Shown one piece after another: positions 39,773 to 52,207 of a DNA stretch of 64,000 nt (its first letter is position 1; every line of letters starts with the position of its first letter). Source of the DNA: Daphnia carinata (Eukaryota). A program made the translations under genes and the position numbers. The notes below the pieces were generated by a model that searched no databases, was not told the origin of the DNA, and saw only the letters and a list, made by a program, of their open reading frames with translations. The stretch is from contig NC_081333.1 of the NCBI RefSeq assembly GCF_022539665.2, forward strand, positions 7,998,001-8,062,000. Direction: 5' to 3'.

Positions 39773-42700
39773 AAGTGCAAAGTTGGCAAACACGATGTGA
39801 ATTACAACCGATGGTAATTGTAGTAGGCCTAGACCTACTGCTGTTGCTGTGTCGAAGTAGTTGACTACACTGAATTATATTACGTTTGTCCTCTCATTTT
39901 ATACGCGTCCAAAAGCCACGCTGTTTCAATTCACTAGCCCTGCGGTTACGACACGTGCACCTGACAGGTAGTGACGTAACAGCCAATATTCTTACCCCAC
40001 CCTTTGTCTTAGCGTTATTGTTGCTATGACACGCGCTGAAGGGGCGTATTGTTCATGAATTAAAATTGCATGCTTATTCTTATGCGAAATACAATAAAAA
40101 CGTAATCAATAATTTCTCATTAAAGCATTATGCACGAGAGAAGTGTAATTGTTGTTGCAACAGAACTGATGAACGTTACCATTAAAACAAGTTGAACGCT
40201 TATTTCTTTGAACCTGTGTTACAAGATGTGTTCTCGCACTGATTCATACCTATGATTTGGCTTACGGCGAGGAATGGAGGAAATCACAAAAGATATGATT
40301 TGTGTGAAGGCTAATGAATGATGTAATTTTTTCTTTTCCATAGTCGGTCATTATAAGAAAAACGTCCTAAATTCATCCTCAGACATAAATCATTTGAAAA
40401 ATTCACGTTTAATCCATCCAGATGCAGATTCAAAACTATGTAATGCAGCAGAAAAACGAGAAGCGGAAGTGGATCACATGTAGAGCTCAATCTTTAACGC
40501 ATAACCCAAAAGGTAACTAACGTTCAAAAAATCCTTTGTGGAATATTCATGGTGACAACTGAATGGATTGTAATTACGAACAACCATTATCAACTAGACT
40601 TGATAAGTCCTGGGAATGTGGCATAAGGTCATTGTTTTCCAAAGCGGAAATTTAGAAAGCGTGTTTATTAAAGTATTATGGCCCACTAGACGCAATGAGC
40701 TGGATACAGCACTACTTATACGTGTATGCGAATGCCAAAAATAATTAATGACGATCCTAAATTGTCTCCAACTTATTTTCCCCTCACTACTGGAATAACA
40801 CCCAGCCAATGCATGAACGCATTAGTGCCAATATTGGCCGCAAGGTGATATGGAGGATTCTTACATGTCATTAACGGTGCGTGATGCCACGCCCTATTTC
40901 GTGAGTGCTACATAATAATTGAAAATTTTAAACAGTTGATTAAATTTTTTGTTTTATAATTACCTTGGATGTTGTTTATCACGATTTTCTTGATACAGTT
41001 CATTTATTACATTGTACAATAGTTTCACAGAATTTAAATGGGAGTTGTTGTATGCCGGAAAATCCACGATTGCGTTATCAACATGGTTTGGGGTCGTCAT
41101 TCACGGTATATAATAGTTGCGTGAACATCCTAATGTAGCGGCACTTGAACAATGACTGGGTATGGCACCCTCCCAATGTTGGGACTAGTACCAAGAGTCT
41201 GTAAGCAATTACCAACTCGAAACGTCAAGCGTTGGTATGGGATTGGCCCACCATTCCAATGCAAAACTGAATAGAGATGTAAGAGCTCTCAGCTGATGTC
41301 ACGATGGATTGAATCAATAGCTGTACTATACGATTCAGTCCATCCGGGCAGTTCTGGAGGTTACAAGTATGTCAGTCAAGTGCTTAGCGCAAACATTTTT
41401 GCTATTTTTTCAATAATTAAAATCAAAACTGACAAACCAAAACTCCTATCACTGCCGAATATTTAAGCATTACCTTAACATAGAAATCCAAGGGTGAAAT
41501 TAGGAAATAGCCATTAGCTGTGTAAACGCAAACTGGAAAAAAAATTTACATTTCATTTTGCTATTCAATTAAATAGCGAAAGATAAATGTATTTTAAACA
41601 CAACAACTTAACAATGCTTGCGGACTAACGCAATGGATAAATGCGACTTTGTGCTAAGCGACCGTATAAATAAATTCATTGCAATTTTACGAAGAACCAT
41701 GATATATTTCCGACAAATGTCATAATACATAATTTTGTTCAGAAATTAATATGTTGTACGGACATTAATTGAAATCGCCTTTATCCGGTTTATGTTATAA
41801 AAACTAAAAACAAGTAGATTGAGCAACGACATAATAGCTGTATTCAATATTTCAGTTATAAACCACATGTGTATGGGGCGACTAGTTATTGCATAAATAC
41901 AATGAAGGGAAATACTCATTTTGGAACGAGGACAGCAAATAATAAAATAAGATCTAATTATTTTTTACTATTGAGCTTGACGGACAACGTATTTTTTACG
42001 ATTAATAATACTTTGGATGCTCAGTGTAATAGCTTGGTGCAGCATACGGTGTGGTGTAGTACTCGGGGGCCTTTGTGGTATAGTATTGGGGAGCCTCAGT
42101 GTAGTAAGATGGAGCTGCGTAAGTTGTGGTGTAGTATTCTGTTTTCTTGGTGTAGTACTCCGGGGCTTTCGTCGTGTAGTATTCATCAGCCTTGGTGGTG
42201 TAGTATTGCGGAGCCTCGGTGTAATAAGCCGGGGCAGCGTAGGTAGTGGTGTAGTACTTGGGGGTCTCGGAATAGTAGCTCCGAGCAGCATACGTTGTGG
42301 TGTAGTATTCAGGAGCCTTTGTAGTGTAGTATTGCGGAGCTTCAGCCTGGTAGTACTTGGGAGCTGCAGTGTAGTAAGCCGGGGCAGTGTACGTTGTGGT
42401 GTAGTATTCAGCCTTCTGTGTGTAATACTCCGGGGCTTTAGTCGTGTAGTATTCAGCAGCTTTTGTGGTGTAGTATTGAGGAGCTTCAGTGTAGTAAACC
42501 GGAGCAGCATACGTTGTTGTGTATTGTGGAGCCTCAGTCTGGTAGTAGCTTGGGGCTGAGTAATACTTGGAAGCTTCGGTGTAGTAAACTGGGGCGGCGT
42601 ATGTTGTGGTGTAGTACATGGGCGGCTCGGTATAATAGCTTGGCGCAGCATATGTTGTGTACTCTGGAGCCTTTGTAGTATAGTACTGCGGAGTCTCAGT

Positions 42701-45440
42701 GTAATAGGCTGGAACGGCGTAAGTTGTGGTGTAGTATTCAGCAGCCTTCGTAGTGTAGTACTGAGGAGCCTCAGTGTAGTAAGACGGGGCTGCATAAGTT
42801 GAGGCGTAGTAAGTAGGTTCCACGTAGTACGAAGGAGCAGCCGTTGTGTAATAACTTGGGGCAGTGTAGTACGTCGGCTCAGCATAATAAGTCGGGGCAG
42901 CCGTGGTGTAGTATGTCGGAGCGACGTAGTACTTGGGTTCCTCGGTCGTGGTGTAGTACGAAACAGTTGTTGTGTAGCTCGGCGCAGAGTAATATTTCGT
43001 GGCCTCAGTGTAATAAGACGGAGAACCGTACGTTGTGGTGTAATACTCAGGGGCCTTTGTGGTATAGTAGGCGGGAGCTTCGGTGTAGTAGCTTGGAGTG
43101 GCGTACGTTGTTGTGTAATACACTGGCGCCTCTGTGTAATAGCTCGGTGCAGAGTAGTATCTTGGGGCCTCCGTAGGGTAACTCGGAGCTGCGTACGTGG
43201 TGGTGTAGTACTCGGGCGCCTTTGTAGTGTAATAAGTGGGCGCTGCATACGCCGTGGTATAGTATTCGGGAGCCTTAGTGGTGTAGTAAGAGGGGGCTGC
43301 ATACGTCGTGGTGTAGTAAGACGCCGGAGTGGTGTAGTATGCAGAAGAAGGCGAGCCCATTTGTCCACCCTTGGCCTGCCCAACCATCAGACAGACAACG
43401 GCCAACAGCAGCATCGCGCCGTAGTTAGCTGAAGCAAGATAATACACACATAAATCTCTTGCCCCAATTGAATACAGCGCAAATACACACGTTACAATAT
43501 TGCAATTGATTGATACAAAACTAATCGCAGGTGTAATTCTTACGACTATAGTAAATGCAACATTAAATTACCCATAATTACAAATCTGAATAACACGATG
43601 AGAAGTAAACACGATCGAAATTCTAATACTGCTGCTGCTGTGTCCAAGTAGTTGACTACACTGAATCAAATTATGTTTGTCCTCTCATTTTATATGCGTC
43701 CAAACTCACCCTGTTTCGCTTCAATAGCCCTACGGTTATGACACGTGCATCTGACAGGTAGTGACGTAACAGCCAATATTCTTACCCCACCTTTTGGTTT
43801 GGCGTTTTTGTTGATAGGGCAAACGCGTTGAAAGGGCGTATTGTTCGCGAATTTAAACTTTATGCTTATTCTATACGGAATACAATAAAAACGTCAACAT
43901 TAATTTTCTTTAATGCATTATACACAATAGAAGTGTAAATGTTGTATTATAACAGAATTATCTTTAAAAAAAAGTTGAACGCTTGTTTCATTAAACCCGT
44001 GTTTCTAAATGTGTTCTACCACTGATTCATTCCTGTGATTTGCCTGACCACGAGGAAACCACAAATGGATGTGATTTGTGTAACCGACTAACGAATGACG
44101 TAATCTTTTCTTTTCCGTAGTCGATCATAATAAGAAAAGCTTCCAATATATATCCTAAGACATAAATCATTTGAAAGATTCACGTTTAATCGATCCAGAT
44201 GCAGATTGCGAAACTCTTGTAGTGCAGGGAAAAACGAAAGAAAAGCGGAAGTATGTCACATATAGAACCCAATCTTATACGCATATGCAAAAGGTAAACT
44301 AACGTTCACAAATTAGTGTCAACGTTGGCCGCCAGGTGATATGGAGGATTCTTGCATACCATTAACGGTGCGTGATGCCACGCCCTAATTCGTGAGTGCT
44401 ACATAATAATTGAAAATTTTAAACATTTACTTAAGTGTTTTGTTTTATAATTACCTTGGATGTTATTTATCACCATTTTCTGGATACAGTTCACTTATTA
44501 CTTTGTGCAATAGTTTCACAGAATTTAAATGAGAGTTAGTTTTAGACGGAAAATGCACGCTTGCGTTATCAACATGGTTTGGAGTCGTCATTCACGGTAT
44601 ATAATAGTTGCGTGAACATCTTAATGTAGCGGCACTTGAACAATGACTGGGTATGGCACCCTCCCAATGTTGGGACTAGTACCAAGAGTCTGTAAGCAAT
44701 TACCAACTCGAAACGTCAAGCGTTGGTATGGGATTGGCCCACCATTCCAATGCAAAACTGAATAGAGATGTAAGAGCTCTCAGCTGATGTCACGATGGGG
44801 ATCATATAGTACAGCAATATGATCTCCATCCGGGCAGGTCTGGAGGATACTAGTATGTCAGTCAAGTGCTTAGCGCAACCTTTTTGGCTATTTTCCCTAA
44901 AACTAAAATCAAAACTGGCAAACCGAAACTGATATCTCTACCGAATCTTAAGTATATTTATTTAAGCGATGAAAAAAAATTTCGCCATACCCTGCTATTC
45001 AATCATAAAACGGGAAAGATAAATGGATTTTAACCACGACAACTGAACAATGCCAATGCCCTAACGCAATAAATCAATGCGACTTCGTGCTAGGCAATTG
45101 AACATATAAGGTCACGGTAAATTTACAAATACGCACGATATAGTTCTTACTAATACGTCTTAATGCATAATTGTGTTTTAGAAACTACAATGTTGTACGA
45201 GCACAAATATAAATCGCTTCATCCGCTTTATGTGATAAAGAATAGAGACAAGTGGATTCGGTAACGACATTATGGTTGTATTCAACATTTCATTTAAAAA
45301 CAACATACGTATGCAACGGCTAGTTATAGATAAATCCATGGCAGGGTAATAACTCATTTTGCAACGAGGACAGTAAATAATAAAAGAAGATCTAACCATC
45401 CCGTCAACAAGCTTGATGGACAGCACAATTTTTACAATTA
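39540..45440. repeat. Tandem segmental duplication of promoter and intergenic DNA (about 39540-41990 vs 43340-45440)
   Basis: Collinear similarity in promoter, upstream and 3' flank sequences between paralog units. Confidence 0.85.
42002..43575 (-). CDS. Secreted Tyr/Thr/Ala/Pro-rich repeat protein (cuticle/eggshell/extensin-like), paralog B, intact
   Basis: Exon 1 ATG G (43572-43575) spliced to 42002-43428: MANYGAMLLLAVVCLMVGQAKG signal peptide, then dozens of YYTTTYAAPSYYTEAP / YYTTKAPE repeats. TATA at ~43690, Inr-like TCAGT at ~43660. Confidence 0.88.
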
Positions 45441-46186
45441 ATAATACTTTTGGTCGCTCAGTGTAATAGCTGAGAGTGGCGTACGTTGTTGAGTAATAAG
45501 CTGGGGCCTCGGTGTAGTACCTGGGAGCGGCGTAAGTGGTAGTGTAGTACTCTGGCGCTTTTCTGGTGTAGTAAGGCGGGGCAGCATAAGTTGTGGTGTA
45601 GTAGCTAGGTTCCACGTAGTACGGAGGGGCAACCGCTGTGTAGTAACTTGGGGCAGCGTAGGATTTTGGAGCTTTAGCGTAGTAAGACGGCGCAGCTGCG
45701 GTGTAGTATGTTGGAGTGGCGTACGTTGTTGTGTAATACACCGGCGCCTCTGCGTAATAGCTTGGTGCGGCGTAGTATTTCGGGGCCTCCGAGTAGTAAG
45801 TAGGAGCCGCATATGTTGTGGTGTAGTACTCGGGCGCCTTTGTACTGTAGTAAGTGGGGGCTGCATACCGCGTGGTGCAGTACGGCGCAGCACTTGAAGT
45901 TTGATATAAATAACTACCATAGTTAGAAGCCGGCCATTGGCACACTTATGATCGACACAGCGATAAGTGTAACAGTAGAAGCGTAATGCCATTGATACCT
46001 ATAGCAGTGGAAGAAAGACATAATTTATTGCTGACATGCCACAGAACTTTGAAACATTGCAAACAAATGTACAGAATTAAGTTTGAAAATTTCATTCCAA
46101 CATTTCATTAAGGGAAATCAATCACTGAACCCTTGCATTACATCAACATCAATTTCTATTCTAATTAAACGTTATACTTTACCCAT
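45438..46186 (-). pseudogene. Y/T/A/P-rich repeat protein, paralog C (nonsense plus frameshift)
   Basis: ATG G|gt at 46183-46186; exon 2 GINGITLLLLHLSLCRS*VCQWPASNYG.. has in-frame TAA at 45946-45948; an extra base near the KYY* end reads past the ancestral stop. Confidence 0.7.
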
Positions 46187-47228
46187 TGTTGCACGACGAA
46201 CTGAAGCTGCTGATGGTAATGCTACGTCGAAGATGAACACTCGACTGATTGTAGCTGGCTCTGCTGTATCATTTTATACGATTTGATGTCACCCTGATGT
46301 TGCTCGCCATCCCAAGCGGGTGTACCAATACACCATGACGTAACCATCAATATTATTACCCTTTCCTTTTTTTGCGCCCCACACAGCGTGAAGTTGAATG
46401 TCAGACAAGGGCATTTCTATGCGCCTAAATTCTGAATGAAAATAAATGAAAACACTTCTTGGAAATAAAATTTAAAAGGAGAGGTAACATTAACCTAAAG
46501 GTCAATGGCTTTTGGAACATTTCAGCATAATCGGAGGAAATGCCAATTTCACCCTAATTGATCTACCCATAAGCAGTGACCTTGAATACATCAATGTCCT
46601 CAAGCAATTCAATTTTTAAAAAAATAAAAAAAAAATTTCGCTATTCCGATCAGTAGTTCACTCACTTGCACGGTGCACACTAGTGTAGATAGATCTCTCC
46701 GGGTGTTTGTGTAGCGTTTCACTCCTTCTCAGTCACGCTCACACCACGAAAGCCTCATATAAGCACCGGGTTTTGCCTTCGCACGGGTGTATAGTCTAGT
46801 TAGCATAAGATAGATTAGAAAAAAACGATGATTAAGGCACAATCATCGTAACACGGGTTACTTTTGCACTTCACTGCCTCCATGCAATGCACTCTGTATA
46901 TTTCCCACTTTTGCAATTTGCACACCAACTAGCAATCAAACCTCTCAGCACAATATTCAAACACACTACTAACATTAACAACCCAACAACTTCCTTAACC
47001 TGTTCATTATTAACGAAAAATTTTATTTCAGGACCTATCTGTTAAAAATTGTTTGTCATTCGTGTAGTTGATATGTGCTAGCGTTAAGCAGACATGTGTT
47101 GTTATTTGATTAATCAAAAGCAATTCTTTGTTCTTTCTTTTTTATTTCGTTCTCGATGAATTAGGAGGGCAATCTCTGGGCGTCACTGTGGACCGCAGGA
47201 CACCGAGGATCGGCGACACCAAAAACAG

Positions 47229-48470
47229 GTATCAGTGATAAGTTAAAGTGTACTAACTATGTTTTTTTGTCTTTTATGTATCTAGATTGGCCGGCCAAAG
47301 GACCGAAAAGGCCCAACGAGGATCGTCGTGGGAGCTACAAGATCGCCGTGGGATCGTCGCCATAAAAGGTATCAGTGATAAATTAAAGTGTACTAACTGT
47401 GTTTTTTTGTCTTTTATGTATCTAGATTGGCCGGCCAAAGGACCGAAAAGGCCCAACGAGAATCGTCGTGGGAGCTACAAGATCGCCGTGGGATCGTCGC
47501 CAAAAAAGGTATCAGTGATAAATTAAAGTGTACTAACTGTGTTTTTTTGTCTTTTATGTATCTAGATTGGCCGGCCAAAGGACCGAAAAGGCCCAACGAG
47601 GATCGTCGTGGGAGCTACAAGATCGCCGTGGGATCGTCGCCATAAAAGGTATCAGTGATAAATTAAAGTGTACTAACTGTGTTTTTTTGTCTTTTATGTA
47701 TATAGATTGGCCGGCCAAAGGACCGAAAAGGCCCAACGAGGATCGTCGTGGGAGCTACAAGATCGCCGTGGGATCGTCGCCATAAAAGGTATCAGTGTTA
47801 AACTAAAGTGTACTAACTGTGTTTTTTTGTCTTTTATGTATCTAGATTGGCCGGCCAAAGGACCGAAAAGGCCCAACGAGGATCGTCGTGGGAGCTACAA
47901 GATCGCCGTGGGATCGTCGCCAAAAAAGGTATCAGTGATAAATTAAAGTGTACTAACTGTGTTTTTTTGTCTTTTATGTATCTAGATTGGCCGGCCAAAG
48001 GACCGAAAAGGCCCAACGAGAATCGTCGTGGGAGCTACAAGATCGCCGTGGGATCGTCGCCAAAAAAGGTATCAGTGATAAATTAAAGTGTACTAACTGT
48101 GTTTTTTTGTCTTTTATGTATCTAGATTGGCCGGCCAAAGGACCGAAAAGGCCCAACGAGGATCGTCGTGGGAGCTACAAGATCGCCGTGGGATCGTCGC
48201 CATAAAAGGTATCAGTGATAAATTAAAGTGTACTAACTGTGTTTTTTTGTCTTTTATGTATCTAGATTGGCCGGCCAAAGGACCGAAAAGGCCCAACGAG
48301 GATCGTCGTGGGAGCTACAAGATCGCCGTGGGATCGTCGCCAAAAAGTATCAGTGATAAATTAAAGTGTACTAACTGTGTTTTTTTGTCTTTTATGTATC
48401 TAGATTGGCCGGCCAAAGGACCGAAAAGGCCCAACGAGGATCGTCGTGGGAGCTACAAGATCGCCGTGGG
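47229..48470 (+). repeat. 140-bp tandem repeat (~9 copies), each unit a 57-nt intron-like plus 83-nt exon-like segment
   Basis: Unit: GTATCAG..TACTAAC..tgtgtttttttgtcttttatgtatcTAG | attggccggcc..gcc(a/t)aaaAG. Confidence 0.95.
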
Positions 48471-51400
48471 AGCTACAAGGTCGCCGCCTCGAGAACCAGA
48501 GATTTACGCCCATTTGGATTAAGAAGAAAAGAAGATGGTACGGTTTAGTATGGCCTAGTCGGCATTTTTTTTTACTTTTTCCATTTGTTGTGATCTGTGT
48601 CATACCAACGTGTTCCTCATTCCTTTTTCCCTACCTTAGTTCCCCTTTAATCATATTGGCTTTACGGGTATTTCACTATGCACTGAAATTGCACTTTGCA
48701 TTTCCCTTTCGATCCATGGTCGTTAGTTGTAGCTGTAACGGTGCGGGTTTGCTTTAGTTCCTGCCCTTATCAATCCCACCCTTTTTTTCTTACTTGGTGT
48801 AGGTATACTAACGATTTTACTAACTTTTCAAATAGTTTACATAACGAAAGACAAAAAGGCAAATGACAATTTGTGTTTTGTCGGTGAAAAGCCAAGAAAA
48901 TGCAAATCATTTGCAATAAAAAATATGAAAAAATAGTCAAAGTCAAAACTGCTCCATCTGTAAAATCATCAATATATCGATACATGCCGTACCTCAAGGA
49001 ACAGGGTTATCATGAAGGTATTTTAAACTTTTGTAACCAATAACGCATTTCAATTTGTAACTTCCCTTATGGTTTGGCAACTATTTGGCTGAGCTGGCTT
49101 AACAGGTTAACTAAAATGAAGGAGTACATTTTTATTATTTAGCTCGTAACAGCATGCAACAGGTTCTTACAAAGTTCATATACGTTTTCAGGTAATTCTA
49201 CTGTAGTTTGAGAACGTCCAGCCATTTATGCGATGCATTTTTTTGTGTCCAAGAGGACGAGGTCACTGGTTTAAGTGAGTGCGCCATTATGGAAGTACCA
49301 ATCGCAATCTTAACCAGAGCTTTCCGGTTACTGCATAAAGCAGGGAACACCATTCTACCAACACCAAAGCAGTTTACTTTTGATGACATCTCTCATCTGT
49401 TCACTTACCCATGACATGTTGTCTGTCAGGTACAAGTATAATGTTTTCATTTGCAATTAATATGCTTTTTCAGAAGCTCCTGACAGAATATTTACGGAAA
49501 TATCCAATACGATGAATTTATGTACCATGTATGCTATATAAACAAAAAAAAAATCTGCTAACTATGTTTTATCTTAATATAGATTAGTACTCATACCGGA
49601 TCTCAAAATGTGCCTGTTTGGAGTAAGACACGGAATAAATTATAAATTATAAAAGACAAGGATTGGATGGAAGACGTGGAATTGCTATGCTGTATTCAGA
49701 TTCCCCTGCGGTGTTTAATTTTAAAAAATTGAAGTGCATATCTGGGATCCCTTCCTTTCCGTAGCCCCGTTTCCTCTTGACTCGTAATAAGCCTGTAGGG
49801 GGTCATGCTCCTACTGTACGGTATATTGAAATAAAAACCTATACCGAGGTTTGGAGGACTCTGGCCGGAAAGGGGACGTGGGGGTCCGCATAGTCCGATG
49901 AAGTGTTCATGGAGGGCTATGTGGCTACCCACAAATCCGACCTAAAGGTTAATCGCTCCTGTAAAAATGTTCCATTTCTTCGGCTCTTCTTCCGGCTTTT
50001 CTTAGCCAAGCATCGGGTCTCCGGTGGGTCAACCAACGCAGTGTCTCCCCCTGCCTTTTATGGCGGCAACTTTTGAAAAGGGTTGTTTTGCCTTCCGAAA
50101 GTTGCAAAATCTTCTGTTTATGCAGAGTAATGTCAATATATTTTCAAAAAAATTTTCGCAATCCTCTCTTGTGCAACACGCAAGATTGCCACCTTGTCTG
50201 GCACTTGCAAGCATTTGGCTGATACGCATGTCGAAAAAAAAAGAACACCAACAACCAAGATCGACACAGGTGGTTGATATAATTCATACAATTTATTTCT
50301 GTACAATAAGGCTTGCCTATCTCTTTGTGCAGCAGGGGTTTCTTGAGAGTTGTGCTGATTCGGATGGTTCCCGCCGATGCTGCTGCTACTGCTGACATTA
50401 CAACCTCGATTCTACCAATAAAAGCTGGCCGAACATAATTTCCAGCGGACGGCGCTGCAAGTTCACCAGCCTCTAGCGGCTGAAATCAAAACTATTTTTT
50501 GACATGTGATTCTCATTGTTTACTTTGTTATTACGTTGAAAGCGTGTATTTGAGTTTGCTTCGTCGGAATAGCTTGTTGTTTTTACCTCCACCCCTATTA
50601 TTGATGGGTAAATTTTACGCTGCTTCGTTAGCAACACAAAATGTAAGCAGTTGGGCATAGAACAAGGTAATATTAACGTACTTTTGGAAAACCAGGTCTC
50701 ACGTTGTATCATTCTGGATAAAGCCATTGTTACAAGCGTAGTAGCATTCATTTCTCAATGCAACAAAATATTCACAGTCTGTAACAGAAGTTTTTTTTGT
50801 TGAACCTTCAAGAAATTCTAGCAAGATGTGCTATTTACTATCAATATTCCGCAAGAATTGGATCACCCGTTTACTTTTTCTGGTAATAACCATATCTGTT
50901 CCACTATCACCTTAATTCTGATGGCTATCAAATTAAGGGGATGGTTATGAAACATTTGCTTTGATTATTATGTGTGTGGTAGTGCTTTGAAGTGGTATAC
51001 AGGTCGTACCTTAAAACTGAACTTTAAGAACTTTGAAAGGCCATGTTATGTTAATCTACTATAGTTTACGACTGAAACTATGCAGATCTTGTGTACCTTG
51101 TAAAGGAGACCATAGTTCATTTTTTAAATTTTTTAAATATTAACTTCCGGTATAACTTCCGGTTTGAAAATGCTTAATAACTCACAATCTGTTGGTCTGA
51201 AAGAAAAAAGAAACACATTTTCGTAATCCTCGTGAAATTTGGGATCGAATCCATGTGTCAGTAGAAAATACCCGAAAATCGTCCAAAATCGCAAATTTCC
51301 CTGAACTATAGTTCAGGAAAAATCGCGATTTTGGCCAAATTGGACTTTTCGCCAAAAACAGGTCTAAATAGGTCAGACACACCTTAAATTTCACAAGAAT

Positions 51401-51869
51401 CACGAAAATAATATTTGTTTTGTTGTGGGCCCAGTATTTCGGGAGATAAAGGCTACTTCCGGTCACTTCCGGTATTGTTTTTTTTTTTTCAACTTGGCAA
51501 AAAGTAAAAAATGAACATTAATATTCCAAACATTTTAAGCATTTTGATCATAAATGAAATGGGGTGGCGGCTTTTTTCGTGTTTGTTTTGCTATTTCACT
51601 ATTGGTTCATCGCGCGAGTTGCATATACTTATAACACTACTTCGTTAACAGGGACTACTAATATTATGTATCACGCTAATGGGAAGGTATACCTGATAAG
51701 TATAGATCATAGCATGAAGATATACCTCGTGCTATTATTATAACCTTATCATGCACAGCCATCTGATGTACAGTCAGGTTTAAAAATAAGCCCGACTAAA
51801 AAATAAGCCCGACTTTTTATTATTTTACGTTACACTGTAGCATACTGGCACGATACGGGAAATCACGTA

Positions 51870-51940
51870 ATACTAATAGCTCTGAGGTAGAGCGTCTGAC
51901 CACGGGGGTCGAAAGTCAAGATTCGAGTCACGTCTGGATC
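51870..51940 (+). other. tRNA-like unit resembling tRNA-Arg(ACG)
   Basis: ta GCTC tgaggta GAGC gtctgac c ACG g..; GCGTCTGAC-N-ACG-G recalls animal tRNA-Arg(ACG); degenerate T arm (gattcgagtc). Confidence 0.45.
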
Positions 51941-52137
51941 CTCTGTGCCAGAGGATTGAGTTACGGTTCCTAGTGTAGATGATATTTCTTTGTACAAAAA
52001 ATGAATCACTCTATTGTATTTATAGGTGACATTCCGAGACGGAAATAATAAATTGCGTTGGAACGCACAACAATCTTATTACAAGTGCAAATAGGTTTCC
52101 TTCAAAACACATGGAAAAATTGTTAACTAATCTGCAA

Positions 52138-52207
52138 GACTCGTAGCTCTATGGTTGAGCATCGGCGTCGCACGCTAGAAATCAAGGGTTCAATCCCATA
52201 AAGAGTC
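52138..52207 (+). other. tRNA-like unit, anticodon-loop position CGC
   Basis: GACTC..ta GCTC tatggtt GAGC a tcggc gtcgcac gctag aaatc aaggg ttcaat ccc..GAGTC; homologous to the 35354-35422 unit. Confidence 0.55.

Noticed and set aside
41968..43383. 471-aa alternative-frame ORF and antisense ORFs over paralog B
   Set aside because: By-products of repetitive codon usage; no signal peptide or splice support.
47229..48470. CRISPR array
   Set aside because: Whole 140-bp units are near-identical with no unique spacers, no cas genes, and the context is eukaryotic.
51100..51550. Fragment with repeated ACTTCCGGT motifs and a CCTGAACTATAGTTCAGG palindrome, possibly a DNA-transposon end
   Set aside because: No matching second terminus or target duplication found, so it was left unclassified.
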